From Candidatus Fervidifonticultor quintus (GTDB taxonomy: Bacteria; Sysuimicrobiota; Sysuimicrobiia; Sysuimicrobiales; Humicultoraceae): a stretch of DNA of 40,000 nt. This document shows positions 1 to 10,129 of the stretch, piece by piece (position 1 is the stretch's first letter; each line of letters opens with the position of its first letter). The DNA lies in NCBI GenBank assembly GCA_031459535.1, contig JAVKIJ010000001.1:52510-92509 (forward strand). The letters run 5' to 3'. Below the pieces are notes generated by a model. That model saw nothing but the letters and a program-made list of their open reading frames with translations. It ran no database searches and was not told where the DNA came from. The translations under genes were made by a program, and so were the position numbers.

Positions 1-570
1 CGGCCGCTGTGGGTGTTGGCCATTTTCTCGGCGCTGGTGGGCCTGGTGGGCGCGCCATTCCTCGGAGCTCCGGTCGGCCACTTCATCACATTTGAGGGCA
101 TCGAGCACATCCCGTTCAGCGTGCAGATGGCTCTGGCCTCCACGGCGATTGCCGGGGTCGGCATCCTGGCCGCAGCGGCCGTGTACTACTGGAAGATCGT
201 GCCGTCCTCGGCGCTGCGGCAGGCGGCGGGGCCGCTGTTCACCCTGGTGTCGAACAAGTACTACGTGGACGAACTCTACGGCGCGGTCTTTGTGCGCCCG
301 ACGGTGGCCGTGGCGGGATTCCTGCGCAACTTCGACGTCTACGTGGTGGACCTGATCGTCAACCTGTTTGGGTTCGTGGGCGTGGGGCTGGCCCGCCTGT
401 ACCGCGCCTTCGACCTCTATGTGGTGGACGGCGTGGTGAATCTCGTGGGCTGGATGGCGAAGGCGGCGGGCGGGACGCTGCGCTACGTACAGACGGGTCG
501 CGCGCAGAACTACCTGCTGGTCATTGCCCTGGGCGTGATCGTGCTGCTGGCGGCCGGCCTGTTCCGCTAG
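1..570 (+). CDS. nuoL: NADH-quinone oxidoreductase subunit L, C-terminal fragment (5' end outside window)
   Basis: The frame is open from base 1 (track ORF 13..570). The TM-rich sequence carries NuoL C-terminal signatures NKYYVDELY and YVQTGRAQNYLL. It is followed by nuoM and nuoN in canonical order. Confidence 0.88.
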   Translation, partial: RPLWVLAIFSALVGLVGAPFLGAPVGHFITFEGIEHIPFSVQMALASTAIAGVGILAAAAVYYWKIVPSSALRQAAGPLFTLVSNKYYVDELYGAVFVRPTVAVAGFLRNFDVYVVDLIVNLFGFVGVGLARLYRAFDLYVVDGVVNLVGWMAKAAGGTLRYVQTGRAQNYLLVIALGVIVLLAAGLFR

Positions 571-596
571 CGGGGGGCAGAGGAGGACACCACGGC

Positions 597-2105
597 ATGG
601 ATCGGTACCTGCTGACCATCACCACCTTCCTGCCGCTGCTCGGCGGAGTCATCATTCTGTTGATTCCCAAGGATCAGGAGCGCCAGATGCGCGAGGTGGC
701 CCTGACCACCTCGGTGCTGACGTTCTTGCTCTCGCTGTTGCTGCTCGGGCCGTTCGAGATCGGGAAGACCGGGATGCAGCTGGTGGAGCGTTACGCCTGG
801 ATCCCCACCATCGGCATCAACTACCACCTGGGCGTGGATGGACTCAGCCTGCCGCTGGTCATCCTGACCACGCTGCTCAGCGTGGTTTCCATCGTGTACT
901 CGTGGCGGATCGACGTACGGCTGCGGGAGTACCTGTTCCTCTTCCTCCTGCTGGAAACGGGCATGCTGGGCGTGTTCGTGGCCCTGGACTTCTTTCTCTT
1001 CTATGTCTTCTGGGAGATCACGCTGGTCCCGATGTACTTTCTGATCGGCATCTGGGGCGGGCCACGCAAGGAGTACGCTGCCATCAAGTTCTTCCTCTAC
1101 ACATTGATCGGGTCCCTGGCTATGCTGCTGGCGATCCTGCTCCTCTACTTCAACGCCTCGCCGCGCACGTTCGGCATCCTGGACCTAATCCAGCAGCAGC
1201 CGCTGGCCCGCGCGCCTTTGCTGGCCGCGCTGGCATTCTGGGGATTCTTCCTGTCGTTCGCCATCAAGGTGCCCATGTGGCCCTTCCACACCTGGCTGCC
1301 CGACGCCCATGTGGAGGCGCCGACGGCCGGCAGCGTGATCCTGGCCGGCATCCTGCTGAAGCTGGGCACCTACGGTTTCGTGCGGGTCAGCTTGCCGATG
1401 TTCCCCGAGACGTTCAAGCAGTACGCGTTCTTCATCGCGATCCTGGCCCTGCTGGGGATCACCTACGGCGCGCTGGTCGCCATGGCGCAGTCCGACCTGA
1501 AGAAGCTCGTGGCGTACTCCAGCGTCAACCACATGGGCTACGTGATGCTGGGCGTGTCCGCGGCTGCCGGCGCCGTGGGCGTGGCCGAGAAGGCCGCAGC
1601 CGCCACGGTGGCGCTCAACGGCGCCGTCTTCGAGATGGTGGCCCACGGGATCATCACCGGCGCCCTGTTCCTGATCGTGGGCGTGATCTATGACTACCGG
1701 GCCCACGTGCGGGGGGTGAACGACTTCGGCGGATTGGGCGCCATCCTGCCCAAGTACACCGGCATCACCACCATGGCCATGCTGGCGTCGCTGGGCCTGC
1801 CGGGGCTGATGGGATTCGTGGCAGAGTTCTTGGTCTTCGTGGGGTCGTTCGGCGTCTTCCCTGAGCTCACCGTGATCGCCGTGACGGGTGTGATCTTCAC
1901 CGCCGCCATGTTCCTCTGGACCATCCAGCGGATCTTCCTGGGGCCGAAGAACCCCAGGTGGGAGACCCTGCCCGACCTGGACAGACGCGAAGCCTGGTCG
2001 CTGATGCCCCTGGCCGCGCTCATGCTCATCTTCGGGATCTACCCGAAGCCGCTGCTGGACATCATCAACACCGCCATGACCGGCCTGGTCGCCGCGCTGA
2101 AGTAG
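597..2105 (+). CDS. nuoM: NADH-quinone oxidoreductase subunit M
   Basis: 502-aa polytopic membrane protein with the ND4/NuoM motif FHTWLPDAHVEAPTAGSVILAG. GAGGAGG lies 10 nt upstream of the ATG. Confidence 0.95.
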   Translation: MDRYLLTITTFLPLLGGVIILLIPKDQERQMREVALTTSVLTFLLSLLLLGPFEIGKTGMQLVERYAWIPTIGINYHLGVDGLSLPLVILTTLLSVVSIVYSWRIDVRLREYLFLFLLLETGMLGVFVALDFFLFYVFWEITLVPMYFLIGIWGGPRKEYAAIKFFLYTLIGSLAMLLAILLLYFNASPRTFGILDLIQQQPLARAPLLAALAFWGFFLSFAIKVPMWPFHTWLPDAHVEAPTAGSVILAGILLKLGTYGFVRVSLPMFPETFKQYAFFIAILALLGITYGALVAMAQSDLKKLVAYSSVNHMGYVMLGVSAAAGAVGVAEKAAAATVALNGAVFEMVAHGIITGALFLIVGVIYDYRAHVRGVNDFGGLGAILPKYTGITTMAMLASLGLPGLMGFVAEFLVFVGSFGVFPELTVIAVTGVIFTAAMFLWTIQRIFLGPKNPRWETLPDLDRREAWSLMPLAALMLIFGIYPKPLLDIINTAMTGLVAALK

Positions 2106-2114
2106 GGACCGCCG

Positions 2115-3557
2115 ATGCCGCTGCCGCCTGAGGATTTCTGGTCTATCGTCCCGGAACTGTGGCTGGCCGGGCTGGGGCTGGCCCTGCTCCTCCTCGATCT
2201 GGTCCTGCCAGCCGAGCGGAAGACGGCCGTGGGCTGGGCCGCAGTGGTCGGGCTGGCGTTGAGCCTGATCCCGATCTTCGGGATGCTGCAGACGACGCCG
2301 CGGACGGTCTTCTTCAACACCTACGCAGTGGACGGGTTCGCCGTCTTCTTCAAGCTGATCGCGGTCGCCTCCACGATCCTGGTGATCCTCTCGGCGATGG
2401 ACGTGGTGCGCGGGAGGACACAGTTCGAGGGCGAGCTGTACATCCTGCTCACGTTCACGGCTCTGGCACTGTGCCTGATGGCCGGCAGTGCCGACTTGAT
2501 CCTGCTGGCCCTGTCCATCGAGTTCGTCAGCCTCTGCTCGTACGTCATGGCCGGGTACTTCAAGGCCGACCCCAAGAGCAACGAGGCCGGTATCAAGTAC
2601 TTCCTGTTCGGCGCCAGCGCATCGGCGGTGATGATCTACGGATTCTCGATCCTCTACGGGCTGACGGGCCAGACGAGTCTGTACGCCATTGCCGACGCGG
2701 TGCGGACCGCGCCCCAGCCGGCGTTGATCGCAGCGCTGGCGCTGGCGCTGGCGGGCTTCGGGTTCAAGATCTCGATGGTGCCCTTCCACCAGTGGACGCC
2801 GGACGTCTACGAGGGCGCCCCCACGCCGGTGGCGGCCTACCTGTCGGTGGCGTCCAAGGCGGCGGGCTTCGCGGCGCTGGTGCGGCTGCTGGTGGTCGCC
2901 GTGGCGCCCAGCGCCCTGGACTGGGTGACGCTGGTCGCCGGTCTGTCGGCGCTCACCATGACCGTCGGCAACCTGCTGGCGCTGCCCCAGCGCAACATCA
3001 AGCGCATGCTGGCGTACTCCAGCATCTCGCATGCCGGGTTCCTGTTGATGGGCGTGGCCGCCTACCGGGGCGACTTCGGTGCGCCGGGGTTGCTCATCTA
3101 CATCCTGGCGTATACCTTCACGAACCTGGGCGCGTTCTTCGTAGCCGTGGTCGTGGGCCAGCGTCTGGCCTCCGACGAGATCCCGGACTACGCCGGGCTG
3201 GCCCAGCGGGCGCCTGGGCTGGCGCTCCTGATGGCGCTGTTCATGCTCTCGCTCACCGGTATTCCGCCCACCGCAGGGTTTTTCGGCAAGTTCTACGTCT
3301 TCGGGGCCGCGGTCAGCAATCAGTTGTTGTGGCTGGCCCTCGTCGGGGTCACGAACAGCGTGGTGGCTCTGTACTACTATGTAGGCGTCATCCGGGTGAT
3401 GTACCTGCTGCCGGCGCCCTCACCTGAGGGCGTGCGCGAACCAGCAGCCCTGCGCCTGGCCCTGGGTATCGCCGCGCTGGGCGTGCTGGTCATGGGCCTC
3501 TTCCCTCAGCCGTTCATCGGTCTGGTCACCGCTGCGGCGCTGCTGCTACGGCTGTAG
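2115..3557 (+). CDS. nuoN: NADH-quinone oxidoreductase subunit N
   Basis: 480-aa membrane protein with the ND2/NuoN motif FHQWTPDVYEGAPTPVAAYLS. It is last in the nuo gene order. Confidence 0.93.
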   Translation: MPLPPEDFWSIVPELWLAGLGLALLLLDLVLPAERKTAVGWAAVVGLALSLIPIFGMLQTTPRTVFFNTYAVDGFAVFFKLIAVASTILVILSAMDVVRGRTQFEGELYILLTFTALALCLMAGSADLILLALSIEFVSLCSYVMAGYFKADPKSNEAGIKYFLFGASASAVMIYGFSILYGLTGQTSLYAIADAVRTAPQPALIAALALALAGFGFKISMVPFHQWTPDVYEGAPTPVAAYLSVASKAAGFAALVRLLVVAVAPSALDWVTLVAGLSALTMTVGNLLALPQRNIKRMLAYSSISHAGFLLMGVAAYRGDFGAPGLLIYILAYTFTNLGAFFVAVVVGQRLASDEIPDYAGLAQRAPGLALLMALFMLSLTGIPPTAGFFGKFYVFGAAVSNQLLWLALVGVTNSVVALYYYVGVIRVMYLLPAPSPEGVREPAALRLALGIAALGVLVMGLFPQPFIGLVTAAALLLRL

Positions 3558-3633
3558 CGCCCCGCACCGGAGGACGCTTCGCGTCGCCAGCATGGGATCG
3601 CGCAAACCCGCGTCGGTGCTGCTTTTCGGTGCC

Positions 3634-3662
3634 TTGACGTGGGGTAGGGGCTCTGCTATCTT
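3634..3662 (+). promoter_or_regulatory. Candidate sigma-70-type promoter for the V/A-ATPase operon
   Basis: TTGACG (3634-3639), a 17-nt spacer, then TATCTT (3657-3662). It sits in the 174-nt nuoN/ATPase gap, about 70 nt upstream of the first ATPase gene. Confidence 0.4.
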
Positions 3663-3731
3663 CACGATGTGTGCCCCCAGGGCCCACGTCCTGGGGGTTT
3701 CGTGTGACGAATTCCCGAGGGGCTCAAACGC

Positions 3732-4085
3732 ATGGAGGCGGAGAAGGCAGCGCACGGGAGTGGCCACCACGCCAACGACAACCTCCTTCAGATCATCGCC
3801 GCAAAGGAAAAGGAACTCGAGATGCAGCTCGCCGCCGCCCGGGCCGAAGCCGCCGCTCTCGTCGCCGCGGCCCGCGCCGAGGCCGAGCGGATCGCGCGGG
3901 AGGGCCAGGAGCAGGCGACCCGTCTGATCCGCGAGTACCAAGAGCGCATCAGCGCCGCCACCGCCCGGATCCAGCGTGAGGCCGAGGCCAGAGCGGCCAC
4001 CGAGGTGGAGGCCCTCCGCCGGCAGGCTACGGCGCGGGCCCAGGCGGCCGTGCGGACCGTCGTCGAGCGGGTCATCAAAGGTTGA
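3732..4085 (+). CDS. V/A-type ATPase peripheral-stalk subunit (G/H-like)
   Basis: 117-aa protein that is almost entirely an Ala/Glu/Arg-rich helix (EKELEMQLAAARAEAAALVAAARAEAERIAREGQ). It is the first gene, as in the Thermus G-I-L-E-C-F-A-B-D arrangement. A GAGGGG Shine-Dalgarno (SD) sequence lies 9 nt upstream. Confidence 0.7.
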   Translation: MEAEKAAHGSGHHANDNLLQIIAAKEKELEMQLAAARAEAAALVAAARAEAERIAREGQEQATRLIREYQERISAATARIQREAEARAATEVEALRRQATARAQAAVRTVVERVIKG

Positions 4086-4089
4086 TCCC

Positions 4090-6057
4090 ATGATTGTAGC
4101 CATGTCCCGGGTGCTGGTCGTCGGCCCCAAGCGGCTGCTCGGTGATGTCCTGCGGGAAGTACAGCGCGTGGGCGCCGTCCACGTGGAGCACCTGGAGACA
4201 GCCAGCGAGGGCATTGGGGCGCTCAAGCTCGACGAACGGGCGGCGGCCGAGCAGGGCCGGTTGGAGGCCATGCGCACGCGCATCGACGGCCTGCTGGGGT
4301 TGCTCCCTCACGTGTCCGGGCCCGACCTGCGGCAGCGGCCCGGATCCGACAGCCCTTCCGGCGACAGCCTCGAGGACCTCGAAGCCGGCATCTCGGCCGT
4401 CGAGGCCGAAGTCCACGAGCTGAGCCGCCGTCGTCTCGAGGCCGAAGACGAGCTTGAACTCATCCACACCTATGAAGGTGCCGTCCGGGCCCTCTCTCCG
4501 CTGCTCGATGCGCTGGCCGGCAGCAGGGCGCTGGAGACCATCGGCTTCATTCTTCGCGGCAAGGACCTCACGGTGGTCACCGCCATCCGCAATCAGCTCC
4601 GCGAGCTCACCGAGGGGCGCGTCGAGGTCGTGAGCCGGACCATCGAGGAGGGCAAGATCGGCGTCGTCGTGGCGTTCCTGCGGCGTGACGGCGAGACCGT
4701 GCGGGGGTTCCTGACGCGTGCCGGTGTGGCCGAGCTCCGCCTGCCAGCACGCTACGCCGAGTACGGGCCGGCGGAGGCCGTCCGGCTCATGGCCCAGCGC
4801 CGCGCCGCGCTCCCCGGGGAACTGTCGAGTATCGCGTCTGCGCTGGCCGACGCCGCTCGCCGGCACCGCCCCTGGTTGACGGCGGTGCGCGGCAGGATCG
4901 CCGACCACCTGGCCCGGCTGCACGTGGCGTCGCAGTTGGGCGCCTCGCGGTACGTCTTCATCCTGCACGGCTGGGCTCCCGCGGCCAAGGTGCCCGGGTT
5001 GCGTGAGGCGCTCCGTCGCCGGTTCGGCCAGGAAGTCGTCATCGAGGACGCCCCGGTCGATCCCCACCGCACGAGAGAGGTGCCGGTGCTGCTGGACAAC
5101 CCGCCCCTCCTGCGGCCCTTCCAGCGCCTGCTGGGCCTGTTCAAGCCGCCCCGGTACGGTACCCTGGATCCGACGCTCTACCTGGCAATCTTCTTTCCCA
5201 TTTTCGTCGGCGTCGTGATCGGGGACGTGGCCTACGGCGCCCTGCTCTTCGTGTTTGGCTGGTGGCTGCGCAACAAGGGCCGCCGAGGCGAGACCTGGGA
5301 CATCGCGCTGGGGCCCATCCGGCTGGGCATGCGCGTAGAGCCCGAGGTCATCGCCGACCTGTCGTGGATCGTCCGGATCATGGCAATCTGGGCCATGCTC
5401 TTCGGTGTGCTCTACCTGGAGGTGTTCGGCAACCTCATCGAGCACCACCTCGGGCTCCACCCCGTCTTCAACCGGGTGGAGCTGGCCACGTCGTTCTTTC
5501 GTCTCACCGTGGCGCTCGGTATCGTTCAGGTGACCCTGGGCAACATCCTGCATCTGATCCTGGCGCTGCGGCACAGGCATGCCGGCGGTGTCTTCGAGTC
5601 CCTGGCGCTCATCTGCGGTGTCGTGGGGCTCCTGGCCGTGCTGGGCGCCATGAGCAACCAGCTCCCGAGGACATTCTTCACACCGGGGGTGGCGCTCCTG
5701 GCCGCGTTTCTGCTGTTCTTCCTCGTCGGGTTTGTCTTCAACCGGTTCGCGCCCATGTGGTTGCTCGAGGCCGTCTCGGGGATGGGCAATGTGCTCTCCT
5801 ATGCGCGGTTGTTCGGTGTCGGGCTGGCCGCGGCGGTGCTGGCCAACGTCTCCAACCAGCTCGGGGGGATGATGGGCCCGGTCTGGATCGGCGTGTTCGT
5901 GGGGATCGTCATCCAAATATTCTTCTTCGTCTTCACGTTGCCCGGCCACATCATCCAGCCCGCCCGTCTCAACTGGGTCGAATTTCTCACCAAGGTGAAG
6001 TACCACGACGAGACCGGCAACTCATACCGCCCGCTGAAGACCACAGGAGGTGACTAG
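4090..6057 (+). CDS. atpI: V/A-type ATPase subunit I (a-subunit, membrane stator)
   Basis: The track ORF 3976..6057 is trimmed to the ATG at 4090, just after the upstream stop at 4083-4085. The N-terminus MIVAMSRVLVVGPKRLL matches typical subunit I starts. It has a cytoplasmic N-terminal half and a polytopic C-terminal half. Confidence 0.9.
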   Translation: MIVAMSRVLVVGPKRLLGDVLREVQRVGAVHVEHLETASEGIGALKLDERAAAEQGRLEAMRTRIDGLLGLLPHVSGPDLRQRPGSDSPSGDSLEDLEAGISAVEAEVHELSRRRLEAEDELELIHTYEGAVRALSPLLDALAGSRALETIGFILRGKDLTVVTAIRNQLRELTEGRVEVVSRTIEEGKIGVVVAFLRRDGETVRGFLTRAGVAELRLPARYAEYGPAEAVRLMAQRRAALPGELSSIASALADAARRHRPWLTAVRGRIADHLARLHVASQLGASRYVFILHGWAPAAKVPGLREALRRRFGQEVVIEDAPVDPHRTREVPVLLDNPPLLRPFQRLLGLFKPPRYGTLDPTLYLAIFFPIFVGVVIGDVAYGALLFVFGWWLRNKGRRGETWDIALGPIRLGMRVEPEVIADLSWIVRIMAIWAMLFGVLYLEVFGNLIEHHLGLHPVFNRVELATSFFRLTVALGIVQVTLGNILHLILALRHRHAGGVFESLALICGVVGLLAVLGAMSNQLPRTFFTPGVALLAAFLLFFLVGFVFNRFAPMWLLEAVSGMGNVLSYARLFGVGLAAAVLANVSNQLGGMMGPVWIGVFVGIVIQIFFFVFTLPGHIIQPARLNWVEFLTKVKYHDETGNSYRPLKTTGGD

Positions 6058-6058
6058 G

Positions 6059-6385
6059 TTGAAGAAGACTCTGTTCGTATGCGCCGCCCTGGCGGCAGTC
6101 CTGCTGTTCGGCACGACGGGCGTCCTGGCAGCCGAGGCACCGCCCGCCGAAGCCGCGAAGGGCCTGACGCTGGCTCACGGTCTGCTGGCTCTGGCCGCGG
6201 CGCTGGCGGTGGCCTTCGGCGCTGCCGGCACCGCGTGGGCGCAGTCCCGGATCGGTTCGGCTGCGGCTGGCGCGATGGCCGAGCGCCCGGAGATCGGCGG
6301 GCAGATGCTGATCTTCCTGGTGCTGCCCGAGACGATGATCATCCTCGGCTTCGTGATCGCGTTCTTCATCCTCGGCAAGATTTAG
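6059..6385 (+). CDS. atpK: V/A-type ATPase proteolipid subunit K/L (c-ring)
   Basis: Hairpin proteolipid with AQSRIGSAAAGAMAERPE and the carboxylate helix LVLPETMIILGFVIAFFIL. The TTG at 6059 is 8 nt after GGAGG. The track start GTG 6050 overlaps the SD. Confidence 0.88.
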   Translation: MKKTLFVCAALAAVLLFGTTGVLAAEAPPAEAAKGLTLAHGLLALAAALAVAFGAAGTAWAQSRIGSAAAGAMAERPEIGGQMLIFLVLPETMIILGFVIAFFILGKI

Positions 6386-6395
6386 TACGGCGCCG

Positions 6396-6980
6396 GTGGC
6401 CACCAGCTCTGAACTCATCACGCTGCTCGAGCGCGAAGCGGCGGCGGAACGCGAGCAGATCCTCAGCGACGCCAGGGCGCAGGCCGAACGAATCCTGGCC
6501 GACGCGAGGCGCGAGGCCGAGGCGTACGTGGCCGCCACGCGCGATCGCCTGGCTGGCGAGGAGAAGGCGGCGCTGGTCAAGGCGCATAGCACCGCGGCGC
6601 TGCGGGCATCCTCCATGGTCCTCCAGGCCAAGGAGCAGGAGATCGCCCGGGTCTTTACCACCGCCGAAGCCGATCTGGCGGCGTTCAACCGGGATCAGAC
6701 CCGGTATCCCCAGGCGCTCCTCGCGTTCATAGAGGAGGGCTTGCAGGGGTTCCCGGCGCACGCGGTGGTGACGGTCAACCCCGCCGACCAGGCAGTGGTC
6801 CACGATCTGGTGCGCCTGCGGGGATGGCAGGTGACGGTCCGGGCCGATCCCAGCGTCTGGGGCGGCGCGCGGATCATGTCTCCGGACGGACGCTTCATGG
6901 TTACCAACACTTTGGCATCCCGCCTCGAGCGTGCCAAGCCGGCGCTGGCTGCAGAAGTGGCGAAGATCCTTTGGGAGTGA
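6396..6980 (+). CDS. atpE: V/A-type ATPase subunit E
   Basis: 194 aa with a long N-terminal helix (LLEREAAAEREQILSDARAQAERILADARREAEA) and a globular C-terminus. Its position in the operon fits subunit E. Confidence 0.85.
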   Translation: MATSSELITLLEREAAAEREQILSDARAQAERILADARREAEAYVAATRDRLAGEEKAALVKAHSTAALRASSMVLQAKEQEIARVFTTAEADLAAFNRDQTRYPQALLAFIEEGLQGFPAHAVVTVNPADQAVVHDLVRLRGWQVTVRADPSVWGGARIMSPDGRFMVTNTLASRLERAKPALAAEVAKILWE

Positions 6981-6992
6981 CGCTCGAGCTCC

Positions 6993-8027
6993 ATGCCGGA
7001 TTTCCCCTACATTAACGCCAGGGTGCGCGCCATGCGCAGTCGCCTGTTGAGCGCGGCTCAGCTGGAGGAACTGCTGGCGACGCCGTCGCTGGCTGCGTTC
7101 CAGCATGCCCTGGCCGCGACCCCCTATGGCGATGATCTCCAGCAGGCTCAAACGCGCTACCAGGGGGTGCGCGCCGTCGACGAGGCCCTGGCCCGCAATC
7201 TCCAGCGCACAACGCGCAAGATCCTGGAGTTTGCCGACGGGCTGCCGCAGGTACTCATCACGGTGCTCCTCCTGCGGTGGGACCTGGCCAACCTGCGCGC
7301 GGTCGCCCGTGGCAAGCACGCCGGCCGGTCACCGGACGACATCGCCGAGGCGTTGATGCCTGCTGGAACCCTGGGCGAGGCGGTCCTGCGCGAGATGGTG
7401 GCTTCCCCGGACATGAGCGGCATCGTCGGCACCCTGGAGGCGTTGAACCACCCCTTCACCGCGGCCATGGCGGAGGCGCTCGCCGCGTATGGCGAGGCCC
7501 GCGACCTCGCTGCGCTGGAGTTGCGGCTGGATCGCGCGTATGCTGAGGTGGGGCTGGGGCGGACCGCAGGCCTCGGTGCCGATGCTCGGGTGCTGCGGTG
7601 GGTGCTGCAGACCGAGATCGATGTCACGAACATCAAGACGGCGCTGCGGCTGGCGGCCGTCGGGAATCTGGATGAAGAGCGCCGGTTGGCGCTGTTCATC
7701 CCCGGGGGATCGGTGCTCTCGCCAGAGTTGTTCCTGGAACTCTCTGCCCTCGCCACTCAGGCCAGGACCTGGCGGGTGGTGAGGGCAGCAGGGTTCCCGA
7801 TCGGTGACACACCTACGGATCTGGTGGCGTTCGAGCGCCGGATCGACCTGGCGCTGACCAGGGCCATGGTCCGTCGCTACACTCACGGTGACCCGCTGGG
7901 GCTGGACATCGTCATGGGGTATCTGACCATGAAGTCGGTGGAGGTCGCCAACATTCGGTTGATCGCCCGCGCCAAACTCCTTAACTTGCCGCGGGAGCGA
8001 GCCAGAGCGGAGATGGTCCTTGTTTAG
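6993..8027 (+). CDS. atpC: V/A-type ATPase subunit C (eukaryotic d-like)
   Basis: 344-aa helical protein with the N-terminus PYINARVRAMRSRLL typical of subunit C. Operon position supports the call. Confidence 0.85.
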   Translation: MPDFPYINARVRAMRSRLLSAAQLEELLATPSLAAFQHALAATPYGDDLQQAQTRYQGVRAVDEALARNLQRTTRKILEFADGLPQVLITVLLLRWDLANLRAVARGKHAGRSPDDIAEALMPAGTLGEAVLREMVASPDMSGIVGTLEALNHPFTAAMAEALAAYGEARDLAALELRLDRAYAEVGLGRTAGLGADARVLRWVLQTEIDVTNIKTALRLAAVGNLDEERRLALFIPGGSVLSPELFLELSALATQARTWRVVRAAGFPIGDTPTDLVAFERRIDLALTRAMVRRYTHGDPLGLDIVMGYLTMKSVEVANIRLIARAKLLNLPRERARAEMVLV

Positions 8028-8337
8028 GTTTGCGGTGATCACCGACAGCGAGTCCGCCACCGGCTTCCGCCTGGCCGGCGCCGAGGTCCGCGAAGCGTCC
8101 ACGCCACAGGAGGCGCTGGAGCACCTGCGCCACTTCATGGCACTGGACTATGGGTTGGTGGCGATCAACGAAGCGCTGCTGGAGGGCACCGAGGCGGAGC
8201 GGGCACGCCTGATGCGCGGTCGCGACCTACCCATCGTCGTGCCATTTCCGGCGCCGCAGGCTCATATTGAGCGTGGCGAGGCCTACATCGCGCGCCTGGT
8301 CAAGGAGCACATCGGGTTCTACGTGAGGCTGCGCTAG
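8020..8337 (+). CDS. atpF: V/A-type ATPase subunit F
   Basis: 105 aa with AVITDSESATGFRLAGAEV, typical of subunit F. The TTG start is 7 nt after GGAG and overlaps the atpC stop. Confidence 0.85.
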   Translation: MFRFAVITDSESATGFRLAGAEVREASTPQEALEHLRHFMALDYGLVAINEALLEGTEAERARLMRGRDLPIVVPFPAPQAHIERGEAYIARLVKEHIGFYVRLR

Positions 8338-8364
8338 CGGGACGGGTCCATGGGAGGGGCAGTC

Positions 8365-10125
8365 ATGTCGAGCCGGGGTTCCATCATCAACATTGCCGGA
8401 CCTGCGGTCATCGCGCGGGGCATTCCCGGCGCCCGCATGTACGACCTGGTCCGGGTGGGCCGGGAGGGCCTCCTGGGAGAGATCATCCGCCTGGATGGCG
8501 ACACGGCGTTCATCCAGGTCTACGAGGATACGTCGGGCCTGATGGTGGGTGAACCGGTGGCGAGCACCGGCGCACCGCTGGCGGTGGAACTGGGGCCGGG
8601 ACTCCTGACAGGCATCTTCGACGGCATCCAGCGACCGCTGCAGGCCATCCGCCAGCAGAAAGGCGACTTCATCGCCCGCGGCGCTGTGACCGAGGCTGTT
8701 GATCGGTCGAAGAAGTGGGAGTTCACCCCCACTGTGGCCCCCGGGGCCACCGTCGGGCCCGGCGACGTGGTGGGAACCGTCCGTGAGTTCGGCTTCGAGC
8801 ACCGGATCATGGTGCCGCCTTCGGCCCGGGGTGGGCAGGTGACCGAGATCCGCAGCGGTGAGGTCACGGTGACGGACGTGGTCGCCAGGCTCTCCGACGG
8901 GACGGACGTGCGGCTGCTGCAGCACTGGCCGGTCCGCCAGGCGCGGCCGGTGGCGCGCAAGCTCGACCCGCGGGAGCCGTTCATCTCAGGGCAGCGCATC
9001 ATTGATGTGCTCTTTCCCGTGGCCATGGGTGGCGCGGCCTCCATCCCCGGGCCGTTCGGCTCGGGCAAGACCGTCATGCAGCAGACGCTGGCCAAGTGGT
9101 CCAACGCCGACGTCATCATCTACGTGGGTTGCGGCGAGCGCGGCAACGAGATGACCCATGTGCTGGACGAGTTCCCCGAGCTGGAAGATCCGCGCACGGG
9201 CCGGCCGCTGATGGAGCGCACCATTATCATCGCCAACACGTCCAACATGCCCGTCGCCGCCCGTGAAGCGTCGGTCTACACCGGGATCACCATGGCGGAG
9301 TACTGGCGCGACCAGGGCTACAAGGTGGCGCTCATGGCCGACTCGACCAGCCGCTGGGCCGAAGCCATGCGGGAGATTTCGTCCCGGTTGGAGGAGATGC
9401 CCGCCGAGGAAGGCTATCCTCCGTACCTGTCCAGCCGCCTGGCGGCCTTCTACGAGCGGGCCGGCCGCGCGGTCTGTCTGGGTTCGCCCGAGCGCACCGG
9501 CTCCGTGACGGTGATCGGCGCCGTCTCGCCGCCCGGCGGTGACCTGTCCGAACCGGTCACGCAGGCGACGCTCCGCATCACCGGCACGTTCTGGTCGTTG
9601 GACGCCGGCCTGGCCAACCGTCGGCACTTCCCGGCGATCCACTGGCTGCGCAGCTACAGCCTCTACATGCCCCTGTTCCAGGAGTGGTACCGGGAGCACA
9701 TGCCGGAAGACTTTCCGCACCTGCGCGATCGGGCATCGGCGCTGCTCCAGCGCGAGGCGGAGCTCCAGGAGATCGTCCAGCTCGTGGGCCCCGACGCGCT
9801 GCAGGACGACCAGCGTCTCGTCATCGAGGCGGGCAAGATGCTCCGGGAGGACTTCCTCCAGCAGTCGTCGTTCTCCGAGGTAGACGCCTACTGCTCGCTG
9901 GAGAAGGCCTACGGCATGCTCAAGGCCATCATCACGTTCTACGACGAGGCGTCAGCGGCACTCCGACGCGGCATGGCCATGGACGACCTGCTGAACCTGA
10001 AGCAGCTCGAGGAGATCGCGCGCATGAAGGAAGTGTCCAACGAGAGCTGGCGGTCGTGGTTCGAGCCGTGGCTGCGGGCGCTGCCCGAGGCGTTTGGCGC
10101 CAAGCCCGCCGCTGAGGGGGCGTAG
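8365..10125 (+). CDS. atpA: V/A-type ATPase catalytic subunit A
   Basis: P-loop GPFGSGKTV and N-terminus [23 protein letters not shown]. The ATG at 8365 follows a GGGAGGGG SD. The track start at 8350 is an alternative. Confidence 0.97.
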   Translation: MSSRGSIINIAGPAVIARGIPGARMYDLVRVGREGLLGEIIRLDGDTAFIQVYEDTSGLMVGEPVASTGAPLAVELGPGLLTGIFDGIQRPLQAIRQQKGDFIARGAVTEAVDRSKKWEFTPTVAPGATVGPGDVVGTVREFGFEHRIMVPPSARGGQVTEIRSGEVTVTDVVARLSDGTDVRLLQHWPVRQARPVARKLDPREPFISGQRIIDVLFPVAMGGAASIPGPFGSGKTVMQQTLAKWSNADVIIYVGCGERGNEMTHVLDEFPELEDPRTGRPLMERTIIIANTSNMPVAAREASVYTGITMAEYWRDQGYKVALMADSTSRWAEAMREISSRLEEMPAEEGYPPYLSSRLAAFYERAGRAVCLGSPERTGSVTVIGAVSPPGGDLSEPVTQATLRITGTFWSLDAGLANRRHFPAIHWLRSYSLYMPLFQEWYREHMPEDFPHLRDRASALLQREAELQEIVQLVGPDALQDDQRLVIEAGKMLREDFLQQSSFSEVDAYCSLEKAYGMLKAIITFYDEASAALRRGMAMDDLLNLKQLEEIARMKEVSNESWRSWFEPWLRALPEAFGAKPAAEGA

Positions 10126-10129
10126 GTCC

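Noticed and set aside
1185-3032. Very long ORFs antisense to, or out of frame with, annotated genes. Examples are 1185..3032(-), 4075..6006(-), 12307..13914(-), 35446..36849(+), 2159..3427(+) and 22747..23805(-).
   Set aside because: Their translations are dominated by Arg/Gly/Pro/His/Gln runs with no recognisable motifs. That is typical of stop-codon-poor alternative frames in high-GC DNA. In each case the overlapping frame encodes a clearly recognisable protein.
3976-4089. N-terminal extensions of track ORFs. Examples are atpI from 3976, pgk from 14368, ThrC-like to 34915, DUF302 to 18523, PotC-like to 38023, PotB-like to 38649 and MutS-like B to 25243.
   Set aside because: The extensions are Arg/Pro-rich and overlap the preceding gene. 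They precede internal starts that have good Shine-Dalgarno spacing or ATGA coupling and that match the expected family N-termini.
6059-6385. Na+ specificity of the V/A-ATPase c-ring, inferred from the Q (AWAQSRIG) and ET (LPETM) residues.
   Set aside because: As I recall it, the proton-coupled Thermus enzyme has the same Q...PET pattern. These residues alone therefore do not discriminate ion specificity.
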